From contig CM041465.1 of assembly GCA_023213395.1 (NCBI GenBank), forward strand, positions 130,393,741 through 130,457,740: DNA of 64,000 nt. The letters run 5' to 3'. The notes under the pieces are model-generated. The model ran no database searches. It saw only the letters and a list, made by a program, of their open reading frames with translations, and had not been told where the DNA came from. This stretch comes from Cycas panzhihuaensis. Lineage: Eukaryota; Plantae; Cycadophyta. Positions 28,201-42,400 of the stretch are shown in pieces. Numbering within the stretch: the stretch's first letter is position 1; every line of letters starts with the position of its first letter. The position numbers and the translations under genes were made by a program.

Positions 28201-28503
28201 TATCATCTTTTATCTTTCAGCTAGACAACCTCAACAGATCAATATTAGTTGGATAACGTCAACAACTAATTTGGTATGCCAATTAATAAATGTATGAGAT
28301 TTTTCTTTGTCTCATTAACAAGTGTAATAGTCTCATGTCCTTATCTCTCCATCATCAAAAACAAACTGAGCCCTTTATGAAATATCATGTGGTGTCATTT
28401 TGATCAAACAGCTGTCATTCATTCATCAAAAGCTATTCAAATATATCATTTGACCAGTGACGTGCACTTCACTAAGCTAAATGTAATTTTCCAAGGGGGA
28501 GTT

Positions 28504-31380
28504 TGTGAGATTCAAGGATCAAATATGGAACTAATAAGCAACACTCAACAATGGCAATCCAATCATCAAAAGGACACAAGAGATACTAGGTAGAATTATT
28601 CTACCTTTGAAAAATTTTCATTCATTCAGAATGATCTCTCTCACTCTCTCTCTCTCTCTCCATCCAATCATCACATATTGTATACATTAATATATACATT
28701 GGTTTAGTTACGGTCCCAACAAGATATGTAACTGACTAACATTCATTATCACCCTATGAAGGACACTAATAACTCCTCATTAAGGACTCGCCTATCCAAT
28801 ATGACCATTAATCTAACACATCCTTTTAATGCTTATATCATGGGTTTTAATAGCAATACAAAATCTAAATTTATCAAACTTATCCTTGGATAGAGATGTG
28901 GTAAATATATCAACAATCTACTCCTCTATTGGTCGGTATAGAATATCAATGTCTTCATTTTGGATCTGTTCCCTGATAAAATGATGATGTATCTCAATGT
29001 GTTTGGTGCATGCATGGAATACCAGATTCTTGGCAATCTTCAAGGTACTTTGATTGTCACAGTACATAGTAGTTGCCTCTTCCTGATGTAGTCCCAAATC
29101 ACCAAGCAAGTAGTTGCAACTGCAGTTTTATACTCTGCCTCAGTAGATGATAAAGCAAGATTAGGTTGTTTCTTACTACTCCAAGTGACAACAATAGAAC
29201 CCAAACTAAAGCAATAACCTGAAGTGGAACTTTTGCTATCTTCATAGCCAACCCAATCATAATCTGAATATCCTATTAGCTTAAAATTATCATTTTGGCT
29301 AAACTTCAATCCAAATTGTAGTGTTCTCTGCAAATATCTCAGGATCCTCTTTGCAACTTTCCAATGGCTCTAGTTTGGTTCAGCCATGAAACTTGGCACC
29401 ATATTGACTGCAGTAGAGATATCTGACCTAGTAGTACTTAAGTAAATTAAACTACCAGCTAGCTGTCCGAACAATGTGCCATCAACTCACTCATCATCAT
29501 CATCTAGAGCTGTTAGCTTTAAACTTGTTTCCATAGGGGTATTAATAAGTTTACAATCCTCCATTATGAATTTCTTTAGAATTTCCCATGCATACTTAGC
29601 CTATGAAATAAAGGTTTCTCTAGGCTTTTGCCACACTTTCACTCCCAAAAAATAGTAGAGGAATCCAAGATCTATCATTTCAAATGTCTCTTTGAGATCA
29701 TTTTTCAATCTTTCAACCTTTGAGGTGTTGTTCCTTGTGATTACTAGATCATCTACATATAGTACCACAAACATAACTGAACTTCCTTGAACTTTAATGT
29801 ATAGGTTTGGATCTGTAAGTGATCTCTCAAACCCATTGTTTAGGAAATATTGATTGATCTTGGAATACCAAGCTCTTGGAGCTTGTTTAAGACTAAATAA
29901 AGCCTTCTTCAAGTGACATACTAAGTGCTCTTTGCCTTCAACAACATAGCTCGATGGCTGCTCCATATAGACCTCTTCTACAAGATCTCCATTGAGGAAA
30001 GTGCTCTTGACATCAAGTTGGTGTAACTGCCATTTGAACTGAGCAACTATTGCTAGTATCAGTCTAATTGTTACCATCTTTGCCACTAGAGCAACTGTCT
30101 CCTAGTAATCAATACCTTCTGTTTCCTTGAACCCTTTGGCTACCAATCTGGCCTTATTTTTATCAATTGTGCTATCTGATTTAAACTTGGCCTTGTAGAC
30201 CCATTTACATCTAATTGCCTATTTGCCTAGTGGTAATCCAAACAAATCCCAAGTTTCATTTTGTTCGATGACATGGATTTCAACATTCATTGCTATCTTC
30301 CACTTCTATTGTTGGTTGGCTTCTTCAAAACTTGAAGGTTTATCAACATCTAATGCATCTGCCATCAAAGAAAAATTAACTGCATCTAGTCTCATCTTTG
30401 ATTTGTGTTTGCCCTCTGTCTCGAGTAACTAAGCTTTAGTCATCGTTCTCAAATACCATTTAGGAAACTTTTTAATAGGTGGAGCAACCTTAGGTTCTAT
30501 TTGTGTTTCGTGAGCATGTTCAAATTTCCTCCTTTTTGTGTTCTGTTCTAGGCTCGATAAATTATTGTCTCGAAGAATTCGTATTAGGTTGTTCCTTGAT
30601 CTGGTTCCCTTTGTCTTGCCAAATCTTCAGAGTATCTTATTCCTGAATTTGTTCTGAAGCTTGTTCTTCTTCAAAGATAACATCCTGAGTAGTATGCACC
30701 TTTTTAGATGTCAATTCATACATCCTGTAGGCTTTTCTTTCCTCACTGTAGCCAACAAGAATACACTTGGAATTTTTATCATCAAACTTTTGATGTTTCT
30801 CTTTTGGAACATGGATATATGTAGTGCTTCCAAAGATTCTAAGATGACTAATTGTCAGCTTACGATCAAACCATGCTTCTTCAAGTGTTTTATTCCTTAC
30901 AACTTTAGTAATGCTCCTATTTGTCAACTAAGTTGTTGTACATATTGCTCCTGCCCAAAAGATTTCTGAAAGATTCTTGGCTTTCATCATCAACTTAGCC
31001 TTGTCAACCAACGTTCTATTCATTCTCTCAGCAATTTCATTCTGCTGAGGAGTATATGTAGTCGTTAACTGTTTCTTTCTGCCATGATTTTTGCAAAACT
31101 AGGCAAATTCTTTGGAAGTATACTCTTCCCCATTATCTAATCTCAGTATTTTGATTCTTTGTCCACTTTCGCTTTGAATTCCTTAAATATGTCAAATGTC
31201 TGAGACTTTTCTTTCAGTGGATAAACCCAGAATTTTCTTGGAAAGTCATTAATTAAAGTTAGAAAATACCTTGTTCCTCCAAACAAAGTGGTTGGCATAG
31301 GAGCACAAATATTAGAGTAAATTAGGCTCAATTTGTTAGTCACTCTCCAAGCCTTTTGTTGTGGAATAAAATGATGAAAA
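28504..31380 (-). mobile_element. 5'-truncated Ty1/copia element D (INT-RT-RH; 3' LTR ~28504-28818)
   Basis: Minus ORFs for RH (CDNQSTLKIAKN), RT (LYVDDLVI) and INT. The LTR begins TGTTAGATTAATGGTCATAT on the minus strand, contains a (CT)n tract and resembles the LTR at 58931. Confidence 0.88.
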
Positions 31381-33935
31381 CAACCAGAAATAGTCAAAAT
31401 GGGCCCAAAAGCAGCTAGAATGGCTCAAAACCAACCTGAAATGGGCCCAGAACGGCCATAATGGCTCAGAAATGACCAGAAATGGACCTAGAACAGCCAG
31501 AATGGTCCCAAAAATGACTAGAATGAACCCAAGAACAGTACTAGGTACCCAATATAGGGTACATACCTCTCGGGTATGCTAATAGACAAGAACATACCAG
31601 AACGGTATGCATGACAAGAATGGACTCAAATGCGCATAGAATTGATGATGTCAATGAGAAGAAATGTACATACAGACATACAAATAGAAAAGACATTGAT
31701 TACTAGTGATAATTATGTATTAAGTGAAAAGGCGCATGTGTTCTGAAAATGAATGGTTATGACCACGGGTCATAACCATTCACCCAAAGGCACCAAAATA
31801 GGTATTTAATGGTACTTTTCTCACCATTCCAGCGATGAGAGCTGAGCCAATGAGTCTTGTGATACATTCTCAAGGATTAGAGTCGAGCATTCATTCTATG
31901 ATACATTCCCATGGTAAGGATACTAGCCAAGCAATACAAATATATGATTCAGCAAATGCATTCCATGTTGCATTCCCTTTTGGAATGTATGTAATAGTGC
32001 ATTGTGTATATTGTTGGAACGTATGCAGGATACATTCCAAAACTAAATGTATTAGTGTTATTACTTAATAAAGTGAAAAGTTACGTTGAATATTGTGTAC
32101 TATACATATTGCAATACTTATATGACGAATGTATGATGATTGGTGTACTACTGTGATTAATTAATATTGGTGATGTTATGAACCAATGATGACTTTGTGA
32201 TGATTTATTCCTATAATACTATGTACAAAGTATAATAATTAATGGAAACATAAGTATGTTGACTATATCCTAAGCTAGACTACCAACTAGTGATCTCTTG
32301 ACAAGTGCATATCTCACAAGTGTAGTGAAATTCTAAGTCGACATTGGTCCCGTTGCCTACATCCACAGAGGAGGGGCTAGGCCAGGAGTTTCACAAGAGG
32401 AGTATGTTCAAAGGACAAGGAACCCAGGCTATCATCATGATGACAGGCTATAACTAAGCCTCTGATAGCCAGGGGTCCTTCCAATGCCACCTAAGAGGCC
32501 TTCGAAGGTAGGAGAGCCACAAAAGGGTACTTCACCTAAGGGAAAGAAATCAAGCAAACAAGGGGCACTATGATTGTCAAAGGAATCTAAATTAAGAAGG
32601 GCAAGGAGATTAAGCCTAAACAATAACAAGACTAACAGACAGTCCGTTGAAGAATCTGAGGCAAGTGGAGTCCAAACACCTCAAGAACAGGGGAAAGAAA
32701 GAAGTGGGGAACAAATGGTACTAACACCTGCCTCAATTGGATTTGACCTTATATGCCCAAAAAAGGAGGAGAATTCACAAGGAAATTTGAAACAATGTGA
32801 CATTACAAATGAAAAAGAAACCCTAGGGAAGGAGGAACATATAAATGTGGATCATACCCCGAAGGACCTAAGTGATAATGAGGAAAAGGCAGAGGGAAGG
32901 TCCCTCGACATATTGGAAAAACAAATTAACAAGGCAACTATTTGAAGACTCATCAGACAAGGAGTCCAAACAATCATATTTAGTGGTCATACCATTGACG
33001 ATACAAGTGTCAGAAGTACCCAAACCTATTCATTTAAAAATTCCATTTCAAAACCCTCTATTTAGGAGAGATAGTGTTGCACCAAGCACACCGAATACAT
33101 CACCCAAACTGGGCAGTGGGGAGAAGGGAACAAAATCTTTAAAGGAGTTAGATTCAGAGGGAGAAATATCACCATCACTAGGAGGGACACCAGTGCAATC
33201 ACCAAGGATGGACGACACAAGGGAATTTGGGAAGTTAATCTTCAATGATACATTTGATGTTGCATAACATGTGTATTTATTTTAGAATTTGATTAATGTG
33301 AAAAGAATTATGGATGAGCAGGAGATAAAGGCAAGGTTTGCTTGCACTTTGAGGGGAGTACCATTGCCATGGTACAAACTGGTGGATCAAATAAAATCTT
33401 GGGCAAATATAAAAAAGTTATTTGAGGAAAGATTTCAAAATTTCCACAACAATGAGGCTTTCGAAATCGCCCTAAGGGAAATCAAACAAAGTCTTGACGA
33501 ATCAGTATTAACTTATATTAGCCACATGAAGATAATTGCCACCAGTATGGTCAAGCAGACAATGACAGACCATAATATGAAAAATTATTTTGTTAGAGGG
33601 TTGAATGAAAAACTGAGATCCATGATGCACGTACATCCCCTAAAGTATTTCAAGAATGCACAAGAATTGGCCCTAGATTTTGAGGCCAAAATGGATGCCC
33701 AAGCCAGAGGGCATGATCCTTTATTACTCAGATTACAAGATGAAATAAGGGAAATGACAAGAACGAGCCCAAGAACAATTCCAGATATGCAATACAAGGT
33801 ATATACCTTTCAGGTACACTAGTAGATAGGAACATACCAGAACGGTATGCGTGACCAGAACAAACTCAAATGTGTCCAAAATTAATAATGTCAGCTAGAA
33901 TAAATGTACATATAGATATACAGACAGAAAAATGG
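31381..33935 (+). mobile_element. Truncated Athila/Tat-like gypsy fragment: partial LTR (~31381-32343), tRNA-Asp-type PBS, broken gag, second LTR fragment (~33751-33935)
   Basis: LTR end TAAGTCGACA followed by TGGTCCCGTTGCC (compare Athila TGGCGCCGTTGCC). ORF 33289 is retrotransposon gag-like (FACTLRGVPLPWY..WANIKKLFEERF..IKQSLDESV..FVRGL). 33751-33935 resembles 31512-31695. Confidence 0.8.
31385..31540 (+). repeat. Degenerate ~21-bp tandem array inside the Athila-like LTR
   Basis: Recurring AATGG(G/C/A)CCCAGAAC/AAATGACCAGA units. Confidence 0.7.
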
Positions 33936-34074
33936 TGTTGTAAGTGTGAAAGGCATAAAAAGCAATGATCTATATAGATTATTTTCTAATCCTATAATTG
34001 CCAATAAGGATGTAAAAACATCCACTACAACAAAGATTGATAATAATAAATTGTGGCATTTGAAGTATGGGCGC

Positions 34075-35298
34075 TATTAAAAGATAATGTTTAATGTCTT
34101 AATGTCTAAAGGATTTAGGTGAATGTCATATCTAGGAGTCAATAGTATAATGTTAATGTAATGCACATATGTGCAAGTAAGTGGTCATTAGGTTATTGGT
34201 CAATAAATAGGTGATATGTCATTGGTTATGTTAAAGGTCTTTTGCCCCATATGTAACTCAAGTCCTCTTACTGCCTCTCACTTATGATGTATAAACAAGT
34301 GTTTGAGGTAGAGTAACAAGCATTGAGTCAAGATGGAGTTCTTTATGATATTGTTATTGTTAAGTCATTGTGATGTAATCACTTTCATTATGAGTTAATG
34401 CTATCATACTATGTTCATGATATTTGTTCTATTGTTTTTAAATATTGAATGATCTCTTTGACTATTTTGACATGGTATCAGAGAGGGACTATTTCAACAT
34501 AGTATATTGAAGACATACTTAATGTACACCTTCAAGATGTTTTTGATGAATACATATAGGATCACCTAACAGATCTACACTAAGCTCAAGTTGGTTCAAC
34601 CATGGTCTGCTACACCTTCTACATGATGAAGGATTCATTCTTGCACATGAAGATGAAAAAAGTCAAGTTCAAGGACCATCAATCTAGAAGACTACTTCAA
34701 GGACAACACTGCAGGAATCAAGATGAAGATCAAAGTGAAGATATTATTTTCAAGACCATTCCAAGATTAAAGCATTGTAAATTCAAAACAATGCCTCATA
34801 TAGAGTCATATGTCAGTTTTAATCATTCCATAGTTCCTAGTATCATGATGTCTTTAATATTCAATTTTTGTAATCTTGACATTAAACATTAAGGGGAGGT
34901 GTTAGAAGATAATGTTTAATGTGTAAGTGTCTAAAGTATTTAGGTGAATGTCATATCTAAGAGTCAATATTATAATGTTAATGTAATGCACATTTGTGTA
35001 AGTAAGTGGTCATTAAGTTATTGGTCAATATATAGGTGATATGTCATTGGTTATGTTAAAAGTTCTTTTGTCCCACATGTAACTCAAGTCCTCCTACTCC
35101 CTCTTGCTTATGATGTATAAATAAGTGGTTGAGGTAGAGTAGCAAGCATTGAGTCAAGATGGAGTCCTTTATGATATTGTTATTGTTAAGTCATTGTGAT
35201 GTAATCACTTTCATTATGAGTTAATGCTATCATACTACGTTCATGATATTTGTTCTATTGTTTTTGAATATTGAATGATCTCTTTGACTATTTCAATA
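34075..35298 (+). mobile_element. TRIM-like non-autonomous element (LTRs 34075-34472 and 34900-35298; ~430-bp internal region)
   Basis: ~398-bp direct repeats, PBS TGGTATCAGAG at 34473, PPT AAGGGGAGG. TSD GGCGC/GGTAC, consistent with CpG decay. Confidence 0.92.
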
Positions 35299-35473
35299 GG
35301 TACATCTCCTTAGATAGATTAGACTAGCTGCACAAATCAGAAATGGTTGATGGACTTCCAAATATTATATTTCATCATTTTGTTTGTAAAAGTTGTTTGC
35401 TTGGAAAACAACATCGTCTTCCTTTTAAGAAAAATGAATGGCAAGCTCAAAATAAATTAGAATTGATACATAT

Positions 35474-38400
35474 CATTAGAATGGTATTAATAACCACTTA
35501 CTAACTAATGTAAAGTGGTGTAATATTATACGAATATTAATTGATATAAATATGTGATATATGTGAGTCAACAAATGTAAATCCAAATATTAATTATTCG
35601 AGGCACTTACGATCTATAAATATAGATCAAAGTCCATTGTATCATTACATGATAGATTTGCAAAAATGCAATTATATTATTTTTGTGGTGGGTTTTTTCC
35701 CAAACGGGTTCCTACATCAAATCTGTCTATCCCCTATGCGTGTTCTGTTCAAGTCTATTGTGTTCATAAACAATTTTGTCATGATGTTTACATATATGGT
35801 GTTTCCTAACATGGTATGAGAACAGTAGGAGGTGCACAATTAGGCATATGTTGTGGGTAGATCATTCGATCATTGGTTGCCAGGTCATGTTGGCTCACCC
35901 TTTGAGGATTGACTTGTTCGATAACCAAAAGATCAAGCCATGAAGGTGCAATGATTGCGTGTAGATCCCAATGCCTTCTGTTTTCTGTTTTGTGGGGATT
36001 CTATGGTCCTCGGAGGTGTACAGATGAGTAGAGGGTGTTGTTTTGATTTGTGTAGGTGTTGGTGCCCTCATTTTTTAATTTGTAGCCCCTGATTACTCTG
36101 TTGCCAGTCGTTTGTATCCATTTTGAGCCTGTAGAAGGTGCCAAGTCTTTTATTTGAGTTGCCACTGAGTTTGCCATGGAAAAAATATCTGAGGTGAATC
36201 GTTGCTAGTTAGGTGGAGAGGTTGATTGCCAAACTTTGAAAAGAAAATCATGTGTATGAGCAGAGTTGGCTAGCAAAAGAGTTGTTTGACAATGCAGACA
36301 CTCTATGCAGTAGCTAGATCTATGTTTGACTCCGGAACCTGAGATCAAAGCCCACATTTTTCGAGGAATTTGCAGAACCATGGAAGATAGTATGTAGCTA
36401 ATATATGAAGGTATTCTCTGAATTTATTACTTGTGTTGATTTCTATTTAATCGCATTTGCCATTTTGATTTATATAAAGCCCGTCGTGGATTATATTTTA
36501 TCGCCCGTAATATTTTTAAGGTTGCATCGATATGTAATCATTTGATTAAATATATTTATATAGCCACTCGATTGATTTATGAAGTTGTAGTCGCAAAATA
36601 TTTGAAATATTTAGTTGCCCATGATATACAATAGTTGTTGGTTTAATATTATTGCAACAGTTTTTTAATCATTTGAAATATTTAGTCGCTCGCGTTGAAT
36701 ATTTCATTGCTTAATTATTAAATATTAATCGTTGTTTGACACTCGTTTTTTGATGATGTTCGATTGCCATACATATTTTCTTGCTCACGCCATTGAAATA
36801 TATTTAATCGACTATTTGATTTATTTTATCAAGTCACCCATTGAAATATATTATTATTTCGAATTGCCAATGTTATTGCCGTTTGATTGCCAGATATTGG
36901 AATCGCCCTTTGCATGATTTGATTTATTACACTTTAATATATTATGATGCCCTTTTCTTTAAGATTCTGGCCTTTATTTTATTAAGACATTCCTTTGAGA
37001 TCATTGGATATGGCACTTTATGAAGGTGGGCATATATATGTGGTGTGATGTATTTTGGGGATTCATTGTTGGTGATATAAGGTGTGCATATGGTGATACA
37101 GCGAAGTGAGTGCTTTGGGCACACTTTGTTGGTGACTTGTTGGCGATATGAGGTGATGTGAAACTCTTCTTGCATGTGGTTACATGAGAGAGTTTGTTGG
37201 GCGAGTTATCAAGGTAGTGAAGTTCACTGATTGATAGAAGGGAGTAATTAATGGGCGAGTTATCTATTAATGTCAGTATGTGTTCATTGATTGATAGAAG
37301 GGCGAGAAGGGTGAGTTGTCTGGAGATACTAAGCTATAGGGCATGCAAACAATGTTGTTGTGGTATTGATTATTGCATTCATTATTAAAACTGTGATTTA
37401 TTTATTATAAAGTGATAGTGTTTTTCAGTGTTTTTACATTAGATATACGAGGTGAAAGTGGTTCAAAATTGCTATTTTTGTGGCCTGTTTGTATAAGTGG
37501 TTATCAGTTTGTGGTGGACCGCTATACCTTCGGTGGTTGAATTGATGTTAGCATGGGGTATATTACCTGTTGGATGCTGGTTCAACATTTGTGCATATTT
37601 GAACAAGCCTGATGTAGATCTGATAGTGTGTTTATAATGAAATTGAAGTGATAATGGAAAGGTCTATGACGAGAAGCCTTAAAATCAATTCTGCCTTTGT
37701 CATGGTATAAATGGGAGTTGGTTGTCTTATGTACCCCTTGTAGATTGTGTTGTAGATGAAGAATGGTACCATGATGGTGATGTGGAGGTGTTTGGTGCAT
37801 TGTAAGAGTTTGCCTCCCGAGGTGTTTGGTGCGTTGTAAAAGTTTGCCTCCTATATTTTTTGCAAATGATGTTGGACTGTTATTTCACAGGACCCTTGTT
37901 AAAGTTGTTCATGGCATTAAGCTCGTATTATATTAGACCGATCAAAAGCCTTCCATTATGTATTTAAGTGCATTGGAGTGCACACATCTTAGACGTAGAT
38001 CACAGCAATAGGATTGCAAGAGTTTGAAATATATTTGTGTGGGGTTTGAAACAAAGCTTACAAACAGTGTGATTTGCAAAGGGAAAAGCATTGCAATTAG
38101 TCTAGATGTCAAGTTTGAAAAGTTTATGATGTATCATGCTGAGGTGTCACCTGAATACAAGTTGTATCCTTCATTTCTTCGCTTTTAGAGCCATGGTTCA
38201 GCAGATGTAGATGTAGAGGTTTATGTATCTAACACTATGTTTGAGACAGAAGCAAATCCTAGTGGGAGTGATGATGAGGAGTTGTTGTATGAAGAAGCAC
38301 AGATTGCAACACGTATTTCATTGTGTGCTAAGAGAACCATTGATGACTCTAGTGTGACAGTTGAAGACCTAGAGGATGATTGAACAATGAGGATCAACAT

Positions 38401-39425
38401 GCTAGTCAAACTTGTGGTAGACACCAATGATTCCAACGAAAGGAAGATTCGCAATGGAGAGTTGCATTGTTGGAGATGTGTTACATGTGGGATTTGGGTC
38501 CCTTACCTCCCTCATGGAACCTGGTCAATTTGCAAGTTGGTAAGATTTGATGCGTAGGATTTATTACAGGAAGAGGGAATCAAGTATGAGGAGACTTTTG
38601 CACTAGTCTCTACGTTGATTATGGTCCAATTGATCCTTACTTTGGCAGCTTCATATAGTTGAGAGTCACATTAAGTCAGCGTTCCTTAACAGAGACTTAA
38701 AGAGGAGATTCACATGGCTCAAGTGGCTCAACCTCTTGGTTTAGTGAAGGAAGCAGGTTGAGTTCTATGAACTGAGTATCAGTGCGAGAGAAGTTGTATG
38801 GTTGCAGGGACTATTGGAGTTGCTTCCAAAGAATCATGCACATATGAGACATAACACCATTACACTCGAGAGGAGATCAGATCAAGGAAGATGCAGGTTG
38901 AGTTTTGTCCAACTAAGGATTGACTTAAGGATGTGTTCACCAAGCTCTTACTAAAGATTGCTATATCAACGTTCATGCATATTTGGGATTCAGTGAGGTT
39001 ATCCTTGAGAGGGGATCTATCGACAAGGATAAAGATAGACCAAACCCTGGGAAGACTTCAAGACTCCACATTTACATTAAGAGGGGTTGTTAGAGTGGTA
39101 TTAATAACCACTTACCGACTAGTGTAAAGCAGTGTAATAATGTACGAATATTAATTGACGTAAATATGTGATATATGTGAGTCGATGGATGTAAATCCGA
39201 ATATTAATTATTCGAAGCACTTATGATCTATAAATATAGATCAAAGTCCATTGTAACATTACATGAGCGTTTTGCAAAAATGTAATTATATTATTTCTGT
39301 GGTAAGTTTTTTTTCGAACATGTTCCTACGTCAAATTTGTCTATCCCGTGTGCATGTTCTATTCGAGTCTATTGTGTTCATAAACGATTTTGTCATCCTA
39401 TTTGCATATTTGGTGTTTTCTAACA
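35474..39425 (+). mobile_element. Non-autonomous copia derivative G of the A/B lineage (LTRs 35474-35811 and 39088-39425)
   Basis: TSD CATAT/CATAC, PBS TGGTATGAGAAC, PPT AAGAGGGG. 37640-39080 is a deleted patchwork homologous to A/B INT-RT-RH. No gag found. Confidence 0.9.
36450..37320 (+). repeat. Degenerate tandem repeats in the internal region of G
   Basis: Recurring ATTTGAAATATTTAGT(T/C)GC-like units at 36450-36950. Duplicated GGGCGAGTTATC...TTCA(C/T)TGATTGATAGAAGGG at ~37198-37320. Confidence 0.65.
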
Positions 39426-42400
39426 CATACTGACCTATGTGGACCTCTTTCTCTTTGTTCAATCAATGACTCTAGATATTTTTTAACATTCATTGATGAC
39501 TTTTCTAGGAAAGTATGGATTTATTTTCTCTACAATAAATCAGAGGTCTTTGAAAAGTTCAAAGAATTTAAGGCCGAAGTTGAGCTAGAATCTAGATCAA
39601 GAATAAAATGTATCAAGTTAGATGGTAGAGAAGAATATATTTCGAAAGAATTTTTGAATTTTTGCAAGGCACATGGAATACGTAGACAATTTACAACTCC
39701 TTACACACCACAATCTAACGAAGTTGTTGAACGAAAGAATAGAACAATCATGGAGATGGCTCGTAGCATGATTCAAGACAGGCAAATCTCAAAGACTTAC
39801 TAGGTAGAAGCAGGAAATACAGTTGGTTACCTCATAAATCGAAGTCCAACAAAGGCCTTGGAACAAGTTACTCAACATAAAGCTTGAACTAGGCATAAAC
39901 CAAATGTGATTAACTTGAAAATTTTTGGATGTTAGGCTTTCATTCATATACCGGCCAAAAGGAGATCCAAACTTGACTCTAAAAATATAGAATGCATAAT
40001 GATAGGCTACAGTAAAAATTCAAAAAGCCTATAAATGTATAGATCCAAAAACTAACAAGAACTATATAAGCAGAGATGTCATATTTAATGAAGAGGATAT
40101 CATTGGAAATACTCCAACTCCTCAAGTAATTGAAGAAGCACCAAAGAAGATATCTCAAGAAGAACCTCTTGCAGAAGAAATCTCTGGAGTTACTTCAGAA
40201 GATACAGAACTTGATGACATAGAAGAATCAAAGAGGGTGCCATTTTCTCATGAAAGCTCGACCACTGAGGAAGAAGAATTATCTCCCATAGGCTCAATCA
40301 CTGAAAAAGAAAAGAAGAAAAAAAGGGTACCAAAATGATACCTTAAGACAATTGAAGAAGGGAAAGGAGATATGTTTACATACTGGATGAGAAGCCAAAG
40401 GCATCAAGCATTGCTCAACAACATAGAACCAAAGTCCTTTGAGGAAGCAAAGGAACATGAAGAATGGCAAGCTATAATGGATGCTGAGATAGAATCAATC
40501 TCCAAAAATCAGACCTAGGAATTGGTCAATTTGCTTGTCAGCGAGCCTATGGTCAATTGCAAGTGGGTATACAAAATAAAAGAAAGTGATGATGGCAGAA
40601 TAGAAAAACACAAGGCCAGACTTGTAGCAAAGGGCTATACCCAGACAGTCAGGATAGACTTCGAAGAAACATTCTCACCAGTAGCCAAATTAGATACTAT
40701 GAGAACAGTAATTGCTTTAGCAGGTCAACACAACTAGAAAATCTATTAGTTGAATCTAAAAAGTGCCTTTTTGAATGGGAAGCTCAAAGAAGAAGTCTAT
40801 ATGAAACAACCAAAAGGATATGTTCAAAAAGGCCAAGAAAATCTTGTATGCAAACTAAAAAAGGCACTATATGGGCTAAAGCAAGCCCCAAGAACCTAGT
40901 ATGCCAAACTAGACAAATATCTCACTCAGAATGGTTTCCTGTGATATAGCTCAGACTCCAATTTATATGCCAAGAAAAGAAATAGGTTGATCACCATAAT
41001 TATGGTATATGTGGATGATATGGTTCTCATAGGAAGTGACACAGAATCAATGTCAAATATAAAGGCTCAGTTGGAAAATGGCTTTGAGATGACAGACTTA
41101 GGACTTCTAAACTATTATTTGGGAATAGAAGTCAATCAAAAGGAAGATTCAATCATATTATCTCAAAGTAAATACATCAAAGATCTGTTGACTAGATTCA
41201 AAATGGAAGATTGCAACAATTGTGCAACTCCAATAGAAACTAATTGTGACCTGGTTCCAGTCAAAGGGGAAACTACAGTTGATGAAACACTATATAGGCA
41301 ACTAATTGGAAGCCTAATTTATCTCACTGCAACTAGACCTAACATCTCATATTCTATGGGTTTAGTTTCTAGATATATGCAAGATCCAAAGACAAGACAT
41401 TAGAAGCCTGCTAAAAGCATACTTAGATATCTAAAGGGAACAACTAATATGAAATTCACTTATCCAAAAATGAAATTAGACAAGTTAGTTGAATTTTATG
41501 ACTCAGACTGAGCAAGAGATAAAGAAAAGAGGAGTTCAACAAGTGGGTACTACTTTTCTCTGGGGTCAGCAACTATCTCTTGGAGCAGCAAAAGGCAACC
41601 TACAGTTGCTCTCTCGTCCACTAAAGCAGAATACAAGTCAGTTGCTAGTGCCTCATGTGAAACAATCTGGCTGAGACAACTTCTGTTAGATCTAGATCAA
41701 CAACAACAAGGGTCAACAACTTTGTTTTGCAACAATCAAAGTGCCATCAAATTGACCAAAAACCTTGTACTCCATGCACGAACAAAACATGTTGAGGTGC
41801 ATCATTATTTCATACAGGAAAGGTGTAGAACAAGGAAATTGACTTGGCATATTGTCCAACAAATGAGCAACTTGTAGATATCTTAACAAAGCCACTCAAC
41901 AAGGACAAATTTCAAATCCTTAGAGATAAAATATTAAGAGAGGGTGTTAAGATATAATGTTTTATCTTAGGATTAATTAAGGGTAATGTCTTAACCCCTC
42001 TTTATGTAACTCTTTATATAACTTAGACATATGTCCAACACATGTCATCAAGACACACAACGGTTACAATTCTTCATGTATATTTAAGGAGATCTTCTCT
42101 CATATAATAGATCATAAGTCATTCTTCAATCTGTATCTAAATTGTAACAAGGCATTTTTCTCCACATGCTTTAGGTGTTAGATCTTTGTGGGCGGCTCGT
42201 ATTACTCTTACGAGTAGCTTGCATGGTCATTGCCACCACCTCCAATGCCAAGACTTGCTCAACAGTCACCACTTGGAACAATAGGCCTTGAAAAGGAAAC
42301 AAGAAGGAATCAAAAGAATGGTCTTCTTCATGGCCGATTCATCGCCATTTATTCATGCATAGATGCCTCCTTTTGCATGTCTGATACAGGCAATTGGATA

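Larger units (their letters stand above)
33936..42149 (+). mobile_element. 5'-truncated Ty1/copia element F, related to C, interrupted by two insertions; 3' LTR 41945-42149
   Basis: KLWHLKYG|insertion|...ELIH|insertion|TDLCGP, then INT, RT (MVYVDDMV) and RH. PPT AGAGAGGG, LTR TGTTA...TAACA. Confidence 0.92.

Noticed and set aside
31385-31540. Regularly spaced short repeats suggestive of CRISPR (also 62936-63085)
   Set aside because: Degenerate tandem units without unique spacers, no cas genes, eukaryotic TE context.
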